A stretch of DNA of 64,000 nt from an uncultured Chlorobiaceae bacterium (GTDB lineage: Bacteria; Bacteroidota; Ignavibacteria; UBA10030; SZUA-254): assembly GCA_964523395.1 (NCBI GenBank), contig CAZFXS010000009.1, positions 22,235-86,234 of the forward strand, read 5' to 3'. This document shows, piece after piece, positions 16,706 through 26,567 of this stretch (the stretch's first letter is position 1; every line of letters begins with the position of its first letter). Under the pieces are notes generated by a model that saw only the letters and a list, made by a program, of their open reading frames with translations, was not told the DNA's origin and did no database searches. Made by a program: the position numbers and the translations under genes.

Positions 16706-16755
16706 GTATGGGTAACGCATTTTAGTATATCGAAGACAAAAAGAAGGAATTATCT

Positions 16756-18105
16756 GTGCGTTCAGCCCAAATTACCTTGCATGAAATACTGACGGTATTT
16801 CGAAGACGACAACGTTTTTTCTGGATCCCTGTAGTGGTTGTTACAACCTTGTCGATCATCGGTGCATTCATGCTTTCAAATAAATATGAATCATCAACGA
16901 CTATCCTGGTACAGCGCGACGAGGTCCTCAACCCTCTGATCAGCTACCAAATGGCTGTAGCCATGGCTTCTGAGGATCGTTTAAGAACATTTAATGAAAT
17001 CATCTATAGCCGGTTCACAATAAAAAAACTTATCGACAGCCTCGGCATGAGTGGTCAGATCACCAGCGAGGAGGATGATCAGGTACTGGTCAACAGGATT
17101 CAAAACAGCATTGAAACAGAACGGAGAGGCTCGGATTCGTTCCGGATTACATTCACCGATACAGACCCGGCACGAGCACAACGGGCGACTCAGACATTAG
17201 CAAACCTCTTTATCAAAACAGTTCTACAGGTTGAAGGACAACGGAATGAACAGGCTGTTCAGTTTTTTGAAAAAAAGCTGGATGAAATCAGACAAAAATT
17301 TGAAATATCGCAAAAACTTGTCGTCTCCCGCCTTAAATCAAGAATTGATTATCTCCCGGACGAAACGCGACAGATGTATAACCAGGTCGAAGGATTTGAG
17401 ACCAGGATAAATGAAATTGATACCAAGTTCAAAACATATCAGGACGCGCTTACCATTTTAAAAACATTTCCCGCTGCCATACAAACTGAAACCGGAAAGC
17501 AGGCGCTTTACGATCTGCAACGAATGGATATCCCGTTCGCCGCAGAGTTCGGTTTACTGGTATCGCGATATGATGACTACTCCCGAAGATACACGCCGAA
17601 ATATCCCGAGGTAGTCAAGCTCGAGGGACAGATTCTTGAATTACTCCAAAGGGCTCAGAACGCAATTGAAACGGAATTAACAAAACTCCAGCCAAAGCGT
17701 GAAGACTACGAACAACGCCGCTCGCAGTTGGTGGACCGGTTAAAAGAATCTTCTGTCAGCCAGCGTGTTGATGAAGACAAGGAAACAGATTACAGCGTTT
17801 ATAAACGTCTCTACGACGAAATGAAAGTAAAACTCGAGCAGGCGATCATGACGCGCGATCTTGGTTCGGGCGGTGAAAATCAGTTTATGATTATTGACCC
17901 CGCGCTGTTACCGCTCAAGCCCTCAAAACCCAACCGGTTACAGCTTGCAATTGCCGGGTTAGCATTGGGAATTTTCTTCGGACTTGTGGCAATCATTCTC
18001 AAAGAAATGCTTGATACCACCGTCCGGACGCCGCGCGACATTGAAATTTATCAAAAGCCCGTCATTGCGTTCATCACCGACGGACATCAGGAAATACAAA
18101 AATAA
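16756..18105 (+). CDS. Polysaccharide chain-length determinant (Wzz/GumC family, PCP-2a N-terminal transmembrane modulator without kinase domain)
   Basis: N-terminal TM (FFWIPVVVVTTLSIIGAFML). Long coiled-coil periplasmic region. C-terminal TM (LQLAIAGLALGIFFGLVAIIL). Wzz signature region ESSTTILVQ. Confidence 0.85.
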   Translation: MRSAQITLHEILTVFRRRQRFFWIPVVVVTTLSIIGAFMLSNKYESSTTILVQRDEVLNPLISYQMAVAMASEDRLRTFNEIIYSRFTIKKLIDSLGMSGQITSEEDDQVLVNRIQNSIETERRGSDSFRITFTDTDPARAQRATQTLANLFIKTVLQVEGQRNEQAVQFFEKKLDEIRQKFEISQKLVVSRLKSRIDYLPDETRQMYNQVEGFETRINEIDTKFKTYQDALTILKTFPAAIQTETGKQALYDLQRMDIPFAAEFGLLVSRYDDYSRRYTPKYPEVVKLEGQILELLQRAQNAIETELTKLQPKREDYEQRRSQLVDRLKESSVSQRVDEDKETDYSVYKRLYDEMKVKLEQAIMTRDLGSGGENQFMIIDPALLPLKPSKPNRLQLAIAGLALGIFFGLVAIILKEMLDTTVRTPRDIEIYQKPVIAFITDGHQEIQK

Positions 18106-18146
18106 CAGGTCCGGTTTCCGATTTTTCTCATTAGCAGAGCATAGAT

Positions 18147-18947
18147 ATGCAGCAAGACCAAAATTCAACATCAAACGAATTCCGCCAGCAACCGCAGGAA
18201 GCTTCAGGAACATCCGAGAATACCAAGATTGTTAGGGTTATCAAATCCATTATTGTCAACCCAGAGCTTGGCAAACATGTCGATGAAAGTGTAGTAAAAT
18301 TCCAGTACTACAATGCGTTTAATTACTCACTGTTATCACGTGGTCACGAGAAAGTGAGTATGACGCTCGGTGTGACCTCTCCGAACCAGCGGGAAGGAAA
18401 AACTCTTGTCACATGTAACCTCGCCGTTTCGCTTGCGATGGGATCGAGGAAAAAAACCGTTATTGTCGACTTAAATGTATACAATCCGCGCCTCCACCAG
18501 ATTTTTGGAACCGGCAGAACACCAGGCTTAGCTGAGGCATTACGGAACGGAAATATCCATGTCACCCAGACTCAGATTGAGAACCTGTCGGTACTGACAG
18601 CAGAAAATTTTGTTGAGGTTCAGGAAGGAACCGCAACGTCGGCTCCATTTTCAACATTTTCTTCTCAACCGATTTTGCATCCTGCTTTGAGTTTAGATCA
18701 GTTAGCGGCCTTCCGCGATGTTATTTATTCACTGGAACAGGAATATGACTTTGTCATCGTGGATATGCCTTCACTAAACACGCAGGGATTTCCGGTCCTC
18801 TATGCAAATCAGCTCGACGGGCTGATTGTAGTGGTGAACACAGGAAAAACGAAGCAGGAAGATATCAACGGTATATTCCACCAGATTAACGAGAGGCAAG
18901 TTCTGGGTTTTGTTTTTAACCGCTTTACCGACGGTACTTCCGCCTAA
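18147..18947 (+). CDS. BY-kinase-like P-loop ATPase (CpsD/CapB-type) lacking a C-terminal tyrosine cluster
   Basis: Walker A SPNQREGKT. Walker A' TVIVDLN. Walker B FVIVDMPSL. The C-terminus ...FNRFTDGTSA has no Tyr-rich tail. Confidence 0.75.
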   Translation: MQQDQNSTSNEFRQQPQEASGTSENTKIVRVIKSIIVNPELGKHVDESVVKFQYYNAFNYSLLSRGHEKVSMTLGVTSPNQREGKTLVTCNLAVSLAMGSRKKTVIVDLNVYNPRLHQIFGTGRTPGLAEALRNGNIHVTQTQIENLSVLTAENFVEVQEGTATSAPFSTFSSQPILHPALSLDQLAAFRDVIYSLEQEYDFVIVDMPSLNTQGFPVLYANQLDGLIVVVNTGKTKQEDINGIFHQINERQVLGFVFNRFTDGTSA

Positions 18948-18955
18948 GCTGCGAT

Positions 18956-19123
18956 ATGATTACCCTCGGCGGCATGCTCGGATTGATGATACTTGCAATC
19001 ATCATCGGAAAAAGAACAAAAGCAATCTATCCGTCATCATACATCATCATTGTCTTTCTGGTCCTCGCTCAGGTTATTTTGGTGTTGTATGCGATGTTTA
19101 CAATGTCCGAACCTAAACCTTGA
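18956..19123 (+). CDS. Unannotated 55-codon ORF for a small two-TM hydrophobic protein (MITLGGMLGLMILAIIIGKRTKAIYPSSYIIIVFLVLAQVILVLYAMFTMSEPKP)
   Basis: ATG 8 nt after the kinase stop. Same reading frame as the downstream Wzy-like gene, separated from it by TGA at 19121-19123 plus 9 codons. No clear ribosome-binding site. Confidence 0.3.
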   Translation: MITLGGMLGLMILAIIIGKRTKAIYPSSYIIIVFLVLAQVILVLYAMFTMSEPKP

Positions 19124-19150
19124 AGACGCATTATTCAACTATTTATCGGC

Positions 19151-20719
19151 ATGCTTTCCAACATCAATATCAACCCGCGTATCAAAAGCTATCTTCAGTT
19201 CTTGTTCGGACAGGACGAAGAACAGGCACGCACGACCATTTTTCTCATTGCCGGATCAGTCATAGCTGCGGCCATGCTGGTCATGACACGGGGAAAGATT
19301 TCAGCCCCTGTCGCGTTTATAGCAATTTCTGTTGTTGCCATTCTCACCTTTTACCGTGTTGTCTGGGGGTTTCTTACGTTTGTGGGAATGGTGCTGACAT
19401 TCGATCAGTTTATCCCCACTGAGTTTTTCGGCTCACGCACTGTTCTCGGCGTAGAATATTTTCAAAATCTGAAAAGCCTCCCTGCGTTAAGCGGCGTGGG
19501 ATTCGCTGTTATGACGCCGATGGAAATTCATCTCTTTTTTATCATCATCGTCTGGCTTCTTCACATTGCCTTTAAAAAAAGAGTCATGCTCAATCGTGTA
19601 CCGGTATCACCGGCAGCGATTCTCTTTTTTATCTGGCTGGCCTTTTCCTTTGTCAACGGCATGCGCCGCGGGGGAGATTTTCTGATCGCATTATGGGAAC
19701 TGCGCGCATTAGGTTACCTGGGCATCATGTATTTTTTTGTCCCCCAAATCATCCAGACAAAAAAAGATATCAGAAACCTGATGTGGGTATGCATTGTTGC
19801 AATCGCCATCAAGGCATTCCAGGGTATCGCCAGATTTGTTTCTATTGGATTTACACTTGACGGATATTCCGTTTTGACAAATCATGAGGATCCGCTTTTC
19901 TTTATCTCCCTGTTCATCCTTTTTCTGACATTAAAAATATTCCGGCAGAAGGATAGACAGCGAACCGTCATAGCGTGGCTGATTATTCCCATGATTATCG
20001 GTTTTATTGTCGCGCAGCGCCGGGCGGCATTCGGTTCAGTAGCAATCAGCGTCATTACATTTTTTCTCCTCCTCCCCCGGAAGGAACAAATCTCATTTCT
20101 CAAGCCGCTGATACCTGTTGTTATTATCTTCGGATTATATCTCGCAGCATTCTGGTCAAGCGACGGTTCAAATATGATTTCCCGGCCTGCCGTATTTATC
20201 CGGTCGGCGTTTTATACGACAGAGCAAGGCGCCGCCGACAGTTACTCATCGAATTTTTACAGGGAACTGGAAAACTACGATCTGGCGTTTACCATCCGCC
20301 GGCTTCCGCTGACCGGAATCGGTTTTGGCAACAAGTATGATCAACCGATCACACTTCCGCTCATCCCATTCCCATTAAAAGACTATATCCCTCATAACGA
20401 AATACTCTGGCTCATGGTAAAAATGGGAGCTATCGGATTTTTCCTGTTCTGTCTTTTCATGACAACCTACATGTTTCAGGCGGCATCCGTTTTCTCAAGA
20501 TTACATGACCCGTATCTCAAAGCGGTTTGCGTCGTGTCAATCGTCGGCATTCTCGGACAAATTATTGTCTCATATTATGATTTGCAGCTGACGTTCTATC
20601 GGAACATGGCATATCTTGGTTTAATCATGGGGTTATTGCCCTCACTTGAGCTTGCCGATCAGGAGGAAGAGGAAAAAATCCTCCCAGTGCAGTCCCCATT
20701 TGTCAATTCTCCATTGTAA
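19151..20719 (+). CDS. Wzy/O-antigen-ligase-like polymerase (polytopic membrane protein)
   Basis: At least 10 predicted TM helices with a large loop region. Position between Wzz/kinase and Wzx in an EPS operon. Confidence 0.7.
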   Translation: MLSNININPRIKSYLQFLFGQDEEQARTTIFLIAGSVIAAAMLVMTRGKISAPVAFIAISVVAILTFYRVVWGFLTFVGMVLTFDQFIPTEFFGSRTVLGVEYFQNLKSLPALSGVGFAVMTPMEIHLFFIIIVWLLHIAFKKRVMLNRVPVSPAAILFFIWLAFSFVNGMRRGGDFLIALWELRALGYLGIMYFFVPQIIQTKKDIRNLMWVCIVAIAIKAFQGIARFVSIGFTLDGYSVLTNHEDPLFFISLFILFLTLKIFRQKDRQRTVIAWLIIPMIIGFIVAQRRAAFGSVAISVITFFLLLPRKEQISFLKPLIPVVIIFGLYLAAFWSSDGSNMISRPAVFIRSAFYTTEQGAADSYSSNFYRELENYDLAFTIRRLPLTGIGFGNKYDQPITLPLIPFPLKDYIPHNEILWLMVKMGAIGFFLFCLFMTTYMFQAASVFSRLHDPYLKAVCVVSIVGILGQIIVSYYDLQLTFYRNMAYLGLIMGLLPSLELADQEEEEKILPVQSPFVNSPL

Positions 20720-20739
20720 CACATGAGGAGCAACAGGTA

Positions 20740-21564
20740 ATGGAGTTTTTGACCACATCGAAAAGATTTTTGAAACGGGTGCTGCCCCGCAGTTGGGTGT
20801 TTTATTTGAAGATGAAGCGCCACGCAAAAAAAATAAGCGTGATCACCATTGATGAAGAACCTGATTTTCCGCCACTTCATCATTTAGTACATCATGGAGA
20901 TTCTGTTATTGATCTCGGCGCCAATATGGGCTTCTACACGAAATATCTTTCTGACCTGGTGGGGCCTTCCGGTCATGTGTACAGTGTCGAGCCTGTTCCA
21001 TCAACGGTACAAATATTACGGTACGTTGTACACCGCCTGCACCTGACAAATGTCGAGGTCATCCATTGCGCCGTTTCGGATCATAACGGAACCGCGACAA
21101 TGGAAATTCCACTCTTTGCATCAGGCGAGGAAAATATTTTTGAGGCAAAGATTATTGAAAGTTCGTCACGCAGCAAAGTTCAGACGGTAACTGTCGGGAC
21201 AAAAACAGTCGATGCTTTGTTTCATGATGTTCATTCTCAGGTAACATTTATCAAGTGTGATATTGAAGGACACGAACTGCAGGCATTATCACACGCCAAG
21301 AAATTATTGTTTGAAACGAAACCGGCCTGGCTTATTGAAATATGGGGAAACCCTGATGATGCGGCGTCTGACGCGGCAAAAACATTTAAGATCTTTGAAG
21401 ACGCAAAATATCAGGCGTTTTGGTTTAACGGACGCACAATGAAGAAACGCTTACCGGGCGAAATCAATGTTAATTATTTTTTCCTGACTGATGCTCACAC
21501 GGAAATACTTCGACAACACTACGACATGAGTCAGGAAGTTTACCCTGCTGCGGTTCCCCATTGA
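20740..21564 (+). CDS. FkbM-family SAM-dependent methyltransferase
   Basis: VIDLGANMGFYTKYLS (SAM-binding motif I). VYSVEP motif. FkbM domain length. Confidence 0.8.
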   Translation: MEFLTTSKRFLKRVLPRSWVFYLKMKRHAKKISVITIDEEPDFPPLHHLVHHGDSVIDLGANMGFYTKYLSDLVGPSGHVYSVEPVPSTVQILRYVVHRLHLTNVEVIHCAVSDHNGTATMEIPLFASGEENIFEAKIIESSSRSKVQTVTVGTKTVDALFHDVHSQVTFIKCDIEGHELQALSHAKKLLFETKPAWLIEIWGNPDDAASDAAKTFKIFEDAKYQAFWFNGRTMKKRLPGEINVNYFFLTDAHTEILRQHYDMSQEVYPAAVPH

Positions 21565-22388
21565 TGTTATTACATAATGAATATATGACTATCCCGGAAA
21601 AAGAAATAACCACACTGCCACATACTGGTACGGGCATCAATTCTCGAGAGGTATCGATACTGGGAGTACGTATCAATGCAATGAGCAAACATGATGCCAT
21701 CGAGGCACTGACAGCAATGATTTCCGGTGATCGGAACATGGTTGCCCCGGTAAATCCCGAGATGATTATCGCCGCCCGGAACAATCCCGCATTCCGCGAC
21801 ACATTGAACCGCACATCATTAAACCTGCCGGACGGCGTCGGAGTAAAAATTGCGGCCCGTTTATACGGACATACCCGCGTTGAGCGTGTCGCAGGCATTG
21901 ACACGATCGAATATCTGGCCCAACTTGCCGCGAACAACAGATTTTCAATATTTCTTCTTGGGGCCGCACCGGGAATAGCTGAACAGGCCGGACAACAGCT
22001 GCAAAAGAGATATCCCGGATTGCAGATAGCCGGCACGCATGCCGGATCTCCCCATCCGGACGAAGAAACAGAAATCTGCCAACGCATCATCGCTTCACGC
22101 GCTGAAATTTTACTCGTAGCATACGGCGCGCCAAAGCAGGAGCTCTGGTTATCGCGCAATCTTCACAAACTCCCTGTCCGCATTGCAATGTGCGTAGGGG
22201 GTTCATTTGATTTTCTTGCGGGCGCAACCTCGCGTGCACCGCAGTGGATGCAACATCTCGGCATAGAGTGGCTTTATCGCCTCATTCAGGAGCCGCGACG
22301 CTGGCGGCGCATGCTTGCATTACCAAAGTTTGCCGTTCTCGTAATCATCGAACGAATTCTATTCATATTCCGACCCAAACATTCATGA
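21561..22388 (+). CDS. WecB/TagA/CpsF-family glycosyltransferase (GT26)
   Basis: Motifs LNLPDGVGV, LLGAAPG, LLVAYGAPKQE, MCVGGSFDFLAG. The start may be ATG at 21564 or 21585. Overlaps the upstream stop. Confidence 0.85.
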   Translation: MMLLHNEYMTIPEKEITTLPHTGTGINSREVSILGVRINAMSKHDAIEALTAMISGDRNMVAPVNPEMIIAARNNPAFRDTLNRTSLNLPDGVGVKIAARLYGHTRVERVAGIDTIEYLAQLAANNRFSIFLLGAAPGIAEQAGQQLQKRYPGLQIAGTHAGSPHPDEETEICQRIIASRAEILLVAYGAPKQELWLSRNLHKLPVRIAMCVGGSFDFLAGATSRAPQWMQHLGIEWLYRLIQEPRRWRRMLALPKFAVLVIIERILFIFRPKHS

Positions 22389-23890
22389 ATGAAGATATTG
22401 TAAAATCTGTGGCACGAAGTTCCGCATCGCTGTTTGGGCAACAAATCGCTACATGGGGATCGAGTTTCCTCCTGATGCTCTTTCTCCCGCGGTATCTCGG
22501 TCCGGTTGATTACGGACGCCTCTATCTCGCGGAAATGATCACCGGCTTATTCCTGATTGTTATAGACTATGACGGACGCTATGGTGTTGCGAAACGCATT
22601 GCACGCGATAAAGAACACACTGCCCAAATTCTCAGTAACTCCCTCGGGTTCAGATCGATATTCTGGGCAATATCATTTATCAGCATGATAATTTTTTCAT
22701 TCATCGCTGATTACCCCGTACCCGTAAAAATCATGCTTGTGATCATGGGAATTGAGATGATCTGGCTGGGCGCTAAAACGGTAGTCACCGGAACCTTCCT
22801 CGGGCATGAAGTTTTGCACTACTCCTCCATCGGAGCCATTGTCGAACGCGGTTTCATTGCACTATTCGGTATCTTTGCACTACTCCTCGGAGCAAATGCC
22901 ATCCATATAGCAATCATTATGGTATTGGGGACATTGATCAATTTCTTTCTTTGCACCAGGTATGCCCGCCGGATCATCACGCAAAAACTCCCTCCAATTG
23001 ACTGGAAGGCTTCGAAAACGCTCATTGTTGAAGGTGTTCCTTACCTCCTCTGGACAATTTTTGCAGTCATCTATTATAGAATCGATACCGTCATGCTTTC
23101 CCTGCTCACACCCGAACAAGTGGTTGGCTGGTATGCCGCTTCTTACAAGTTTTTTGACGTTTTAACGTTCGTCCCGAGCATATTTTCATTATCCATTTTA
23201 CCCATTTTGTCAAAACTTTATGGAAAAGAAAATATGATGCTTGCGCGCACATCGCAGAAAAGCCAGGAGTTTATATTAATTGTCGGAATTCCCATCAGTA
23301 TCGGGGTATTTACGTTTGCGGACCATATCATCAGTTTCTTTTTCGGATTGCAGGGATACGGACCGTCGGTAATGAATCTCCAGATTTTCTCTGTTGGAAT
23401 ATTACTGGTCTATATCGATATGGTTCTCGGAACAGCTGTCATTGCATGTGATAAACAAAAGCAGTGGGCAATGACATCATTCTCGGCGGTGTTTGTCAAT
23501 ATCACATTGAATTACTTTATGATTCCCTACACACAAACAGAATATGGAAATGGCGGTATCGGCGCGGCAATTGCTACAATCATTACGGAATTTTTCGTGA
23601 TGGTTTCTGCAATTTCCATTTTACCAAAAGAGCTTTTCAGCCCGTCGAGCGTTATTATTTCGCTCAAAGCAATAGCCGGCGGACTCCTCATGGGAGGATT
23701 CATATTGGTCATGCGAACATTTATGCCGGTCCATTGGATTGCGCAGGCTGTTATCGCAGGATTTTTTTATTTGGGAGTATTACTTGCACTGAAGGCCTTC
23801 AACCCGGCAGAAATTCAGTTTGCTAAACAATTTCTGTCATTCGGCAATCTGAAGGGCGCATTATTTCCTCCGAAAGGAGCTGATGTATGA
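22385..23890 (+). CDS. wzx: Wzx-type polysaccharide flippase (MOP superfamily)
   Basis: 12-14 TM helices. Start set to ATG at 22385 (MNEDIVK), an ATGA overlap with the GT26 stop. The track ORF from 22244 lies over the GT26 coding region. Confidence 0.85.
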   Translation: MNEDIVKSVARSSASLFGQQIATWGSSFLLMLFLPRYLGPVDYGRLYLAEMITGLFLIVIDYDGRYGVAKRIARDKEHTAQILSNSLGFRSIFWAISFISMIIFSFIADYPVPVKIMLVIMGIEMIWLGAKTVVTGTFLGHEVLHYSSIGAIVERGFIALFGIFALLLGANAIHIAIIMVLGTLINFFLCTRYARRIITQKLPPIDWKASKTLIVEGVPYLLWTIFAVIYYRIDTVMLSLLTPEQVVGWYAASYKFFDVLTFVPSIFSLSILPILSKLYGKENMMLARTSQKSQEFILIVGIPISIGVFTFADHIISFFFGLQGYGPSVMNLQIFSVGILLVYIDMVLGTAVIACDKQKQWAMTSFSAVFVNITLNYFMIPYTQTEYGNGGIGAAIATIITEFFVMVSAISILPKELFSPSSVIISLKAIAGGLLMGGFILVMRTFMPVHWIAQAVIAGFFYLGVLLALKAFNPAEIQFAKQFLSFGNLKGALFPPKGADV

Positions 23891-25098
23891 AGATCCTCCA
23901 CATCATGCCATACAGTCCAGTTCCGCCGGTTTTCGGCGGCGCATTGCGAATGTATCACTTGCTCAACATGATGTCGCGTAACCATAACGTCACTGTCATC
24001 GTGTTTGGCATGGAGGATGGGCTTGCTGAATTCAAAAAAGAGTTCGGTGACCGGTTGACGGGAATGCACTTTGTCCCATTTCGCTGGACACGCACATACA
24101 GAAGATACGCGCAGCTGCTGTCTTTCGCGTCTAGCAAAAGTTTTATGCATTCAATTGTATACTCAAAACAAATGCAGGAAACAATTTCCAGGGTACTGAA
24201 CACCGGGTCGTTTGATCTTATCCAGACTGAGTTTGCCACTATGGGATGTTATAGTCTGCCGGATGGCATTCCTAAAATTCTGGATTCACACAACGTTGAG
24301 TATGATAATTTCCGCCGTATCTGGCTTAAGTCGCGATCGCCGTTGCGCAGGCTACACTATTACGATGAATACAAAAAATATTATCACGAAGAATTAGCAA
24401 ACTACCGTAAACAAGATGTTTTGTTTGTTACATCTGAACGGGACAAGCAGATTCTCGATGAAGAACTTCCTCTTCTGCCGAAGTATGTTATACCAAACGG
24501 CGTTGATGCAAAATATTTTGCCCCTTCAGAACAGACTCCTGAACCTTACTCATTGGTCTTTACCGGGGCAATGTCATACGTTCCGAATTATGACGGAATG
24601 CTCTACTTTCTTGACAATATTTTTCCATTGATTCAGAAGGAAATCCCTCAGATTAAGGTGTATATCGTTGGCGGAGGACCACCGAAGGAGCTTGTTCAGC
24701 GAGCAAATGAACACATTGTCGTTACAGGATATGTTGATGACGTCAGGCCTTATGTCTACCGCTCCTCGGCGTTTATCGTCCCTCTTCGTATGGGAGGAGG
24801 CACCCGATTAAAAGTCCTCGAAGCCATGGCAATGAAGAAACCGATTGTCAGCACCAGTATTGGCTGTGAGGGTATCGAGGTAACGCACAATGAATCAATT
24901 CTCATTGCAGATGAACCTGTAGCATTTGCACAGCAAACGATTCAACTTCTTCGCAATGCGAATGTCCGTAATACGCTGATCTCCAATGCGTACGTATTGA
25001 TGCAGTCGCGGTACGAATGGAACGTCATCGGAAAGCAGGTCGAAGAGCTTTATACTCAAATCTGTCACAGTCATAAACACGAACCGGTAATCGCATAA
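23887..25098 (+). CDS. Glycosyltransferase family 4
   Basis: C-terminal Glycos_transf_1 domain with [21 protein letters not shown] (EX7E region). ATGA overlap with wzx. Confidence 0.85.
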   Translation: MKILHIMPYSPVPPVFGGALRMYHLLNMMSRNHNVTVIVFGMEDGLAEFKKEFGDRLTGMHFVPFRWTRTYRRYAQLLSFASSKSFMHSIVYSKQMQETISRVLNTGSFDLIQTEFATMGCYSLPDGIPKILDSHNVEYDNFRRIWLKSRSPLRRLHYYDEYKKYYHEELANYRKQDVLFVTSERDKQILDEELPLLPKYVIPNGVDAKYFAPSEQTPEPYSLVFTGAMSYVPNYDGMLYFLDNIFPLIQKEIPQIKVYIVGGGPPKELVQRANEHIVVTGYVDDVRPYVYRSSAFIVPLRMGGGTRLKVLEAMAMKKPIVSTSIGCEGIEVTHNESILIADEPVAFAQQTIQLLRNANVRNTLISNAYVLMQSRYEWNVIGKQVEELYTQICHSHKHEPVIA

Positions 25099-25102
25099 CA
25101 CT

Positions 25103-25690
25103 ATGGCAGCACATCCCACATTCTTCCACAGAATTATTGAGCGCTTTCAGCGGCACTCAGTATGGGATCATATGAAAGGGCTCTGGTTTTCACGAAAATT
25201 TCAGAGTCATGGCATTCTTGTGGTCTCGGGCGGACTACCATTTCCGAAACTATTTAATGAAGGCGGCGAGGTCGTGGTGGGAAATTGCCAATTCTACAGC
25301 GGTGTTCGAATGGAAGTTGCAAAAGGAGCAAAACTAAGCATCGGCAAAGGAACGTACATCAACCGCAACACTGTTATCATAGCACATAAATTGGTTGAGA
25401 TCGGACGCAAATGTGCTATTTCGTGGGACGTCGTTATTATGGATTCCGACATGCATTATACCACTCCCGACGGAATCGAAGACAACAGACCGGTCATCAT
25501 TGAAGATTTTGTTTGGATAGGTTGCCGGTCCATTATTCTCAAAGGCGTTCGCATCGGAAAGGGCGCTATTGTTGCGGCCGGAGCGATTGTCACGAAGGAT
25601 GTTCCTCCCTACACTGTTGTGGGCGGTGTACCGGCCCGTGTATTACGCGAACTTGACCCAGCTACATCTGCGGCACTTCATGGAAACTAA
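25103..25690 (+). CDS. Left-handed beta-helix (hexapeptide-repeat) O-acetyltransferase
   Basis: Hexapeptide repeats ([48 protein letters not shown]). Confidence 0.85.
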   Translation: MAAHPTFFHRIIERFQRHSVWDHMKGLWFSRKFQSHGILVVSGGLPFPKLFNEGGEVVVGNCQFYSGVRMEVAKGAKLSIGKGTYINRNTVIIAHKLVEIGRKCAISWDVVIMDSDMHYTTPDGIEDNRPVIIEDFVWIGCRSIILKGVRIGKGAIVAAGAIVTKDVPPYTVVGGVPARVLRELDPATSAALHGN

Positions 25691-26567
25691 TGAACTTGAC
25701 ATAGTACGGGAACCGTCGATACGACCTCAGGAGAATCTGAAGGTCCTGATCTATCATCGCATCCTTGATGATCCGCAAACATGCAACGAAGAAAGAGCCA
25801 TGTGCGTGCAGACGGACGAATTCAGGAACCAGCTTGCATTGCTGGAACGCTGGGGGTTTACGACTATCACGTTTCATGATTACCGTCTCTATCTTGAGGG
25901 CGCACTGAATCTTCCGCGCAAGCCAATCATCCTTACTTTTGATGACGGGTATGATGATATTTACAGAAATGCATTCCCGCTTCTTCAGGAGTTTGGAATG
26001 AAAGCGGTCGTATTTGCCATTGCGGACAGTCAAATAAAGACAAACACCTGGGATGCGTTCAACGGTGGCCCTTCACGACCGTTGATGAACCCTCAGCAGA
26101 TCCTTGAGCTTCATACTGCAGGATTCGAAATCGGCTCTCATTCATTATCTCATCCCGATTTGTCTTCTGTCTCAAAAGAAATTGTGTGGGAAGAAATTTC
26201 CCGATCGCGCATGTTGCTGGAAATCCTTCTCAATGCGCATGTTGAAAGTTTCGCCTATCCGTATGGTCTGACAACCGAGTCTGTTAAACGGATGGTTGCT
26301 GACGCTGGCTACACCACAGGTTGCGGTGTTTATTCCGGGCCGGCAAGATTCGGCGAAGATCCGTTTGACATCAGACGCATTCTCATCACCAACGGCATAG
26401 GAACACTTGGATTTGCCCTGCGCGTCCTTTCTCCGTATGAATACTACGGATGGTTCAAATGGAAGCTGAAAAAATTTATTGCACCATTAAATAATTCCAG
26501 ACCGCAGGCGTACGCACCACTGTCAGCCGGTACCCCCTCCGCACCATCTTCGGGGAAAGTTCTATGA
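25680..26567 (+). CDS. Polysaccharide deacetylase (CE4 / NodB-homology domain)
   Basis: [10 protein letters not shown] (motif 1), [13 protein letters not shown] (His motif). Start set to ATG 25680 (METNELD). The track ORF start at 25569 lies inside the upstream acetyltransferase. Confidence 0.85.
   Translation: METNELDIVREPSIRPQENLKVLIYHRILDDPQTCNEERAMCVQTDEFRNQLALLERWGFTTITFHDYRLYLEGALNLPRKPIILTFDDGYDDIYRNAFPLLQEFGMKAVVFAIADSQIKTNTWDAFNGGPSRPLMNPQQILELHTAGFEIGSHSLSHPDLSSVSKEIVWEEISRSRMLLEILLNAHVESFAYPYGLTTESVKRMVADAGYTTGCGVYSGPARFGEDPFDIRRILITNGIGTLGFALRVLSPYEYYGWFKWKLKKFIAPLNNSRPQAYAPLSAGTPSAPSSGKVL

Noticed and set aside
19121-19123. TGA recoding (stop-codon reassignment) to join the 55-codon ORF with the Wzy-like gene
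   Set aside because: TGA clearly serves as a stop for several well-supported genes in the window, for example 36406-36408 and 21562-21564. Global reassignment is therefore excluded. Only a local error or pseudogene explanation remains.
22244-22384. Upstream extension of the Wzx ORF (track start 22244), and similarly 25569 for the CE4 gene
   Set aside because: Both extensions lie inside the coding region of the preceding gene in another frame and lack homology. Internal ATGs at 22385 and 25680 give ATGA-type coupled starts and sensible N-termini.
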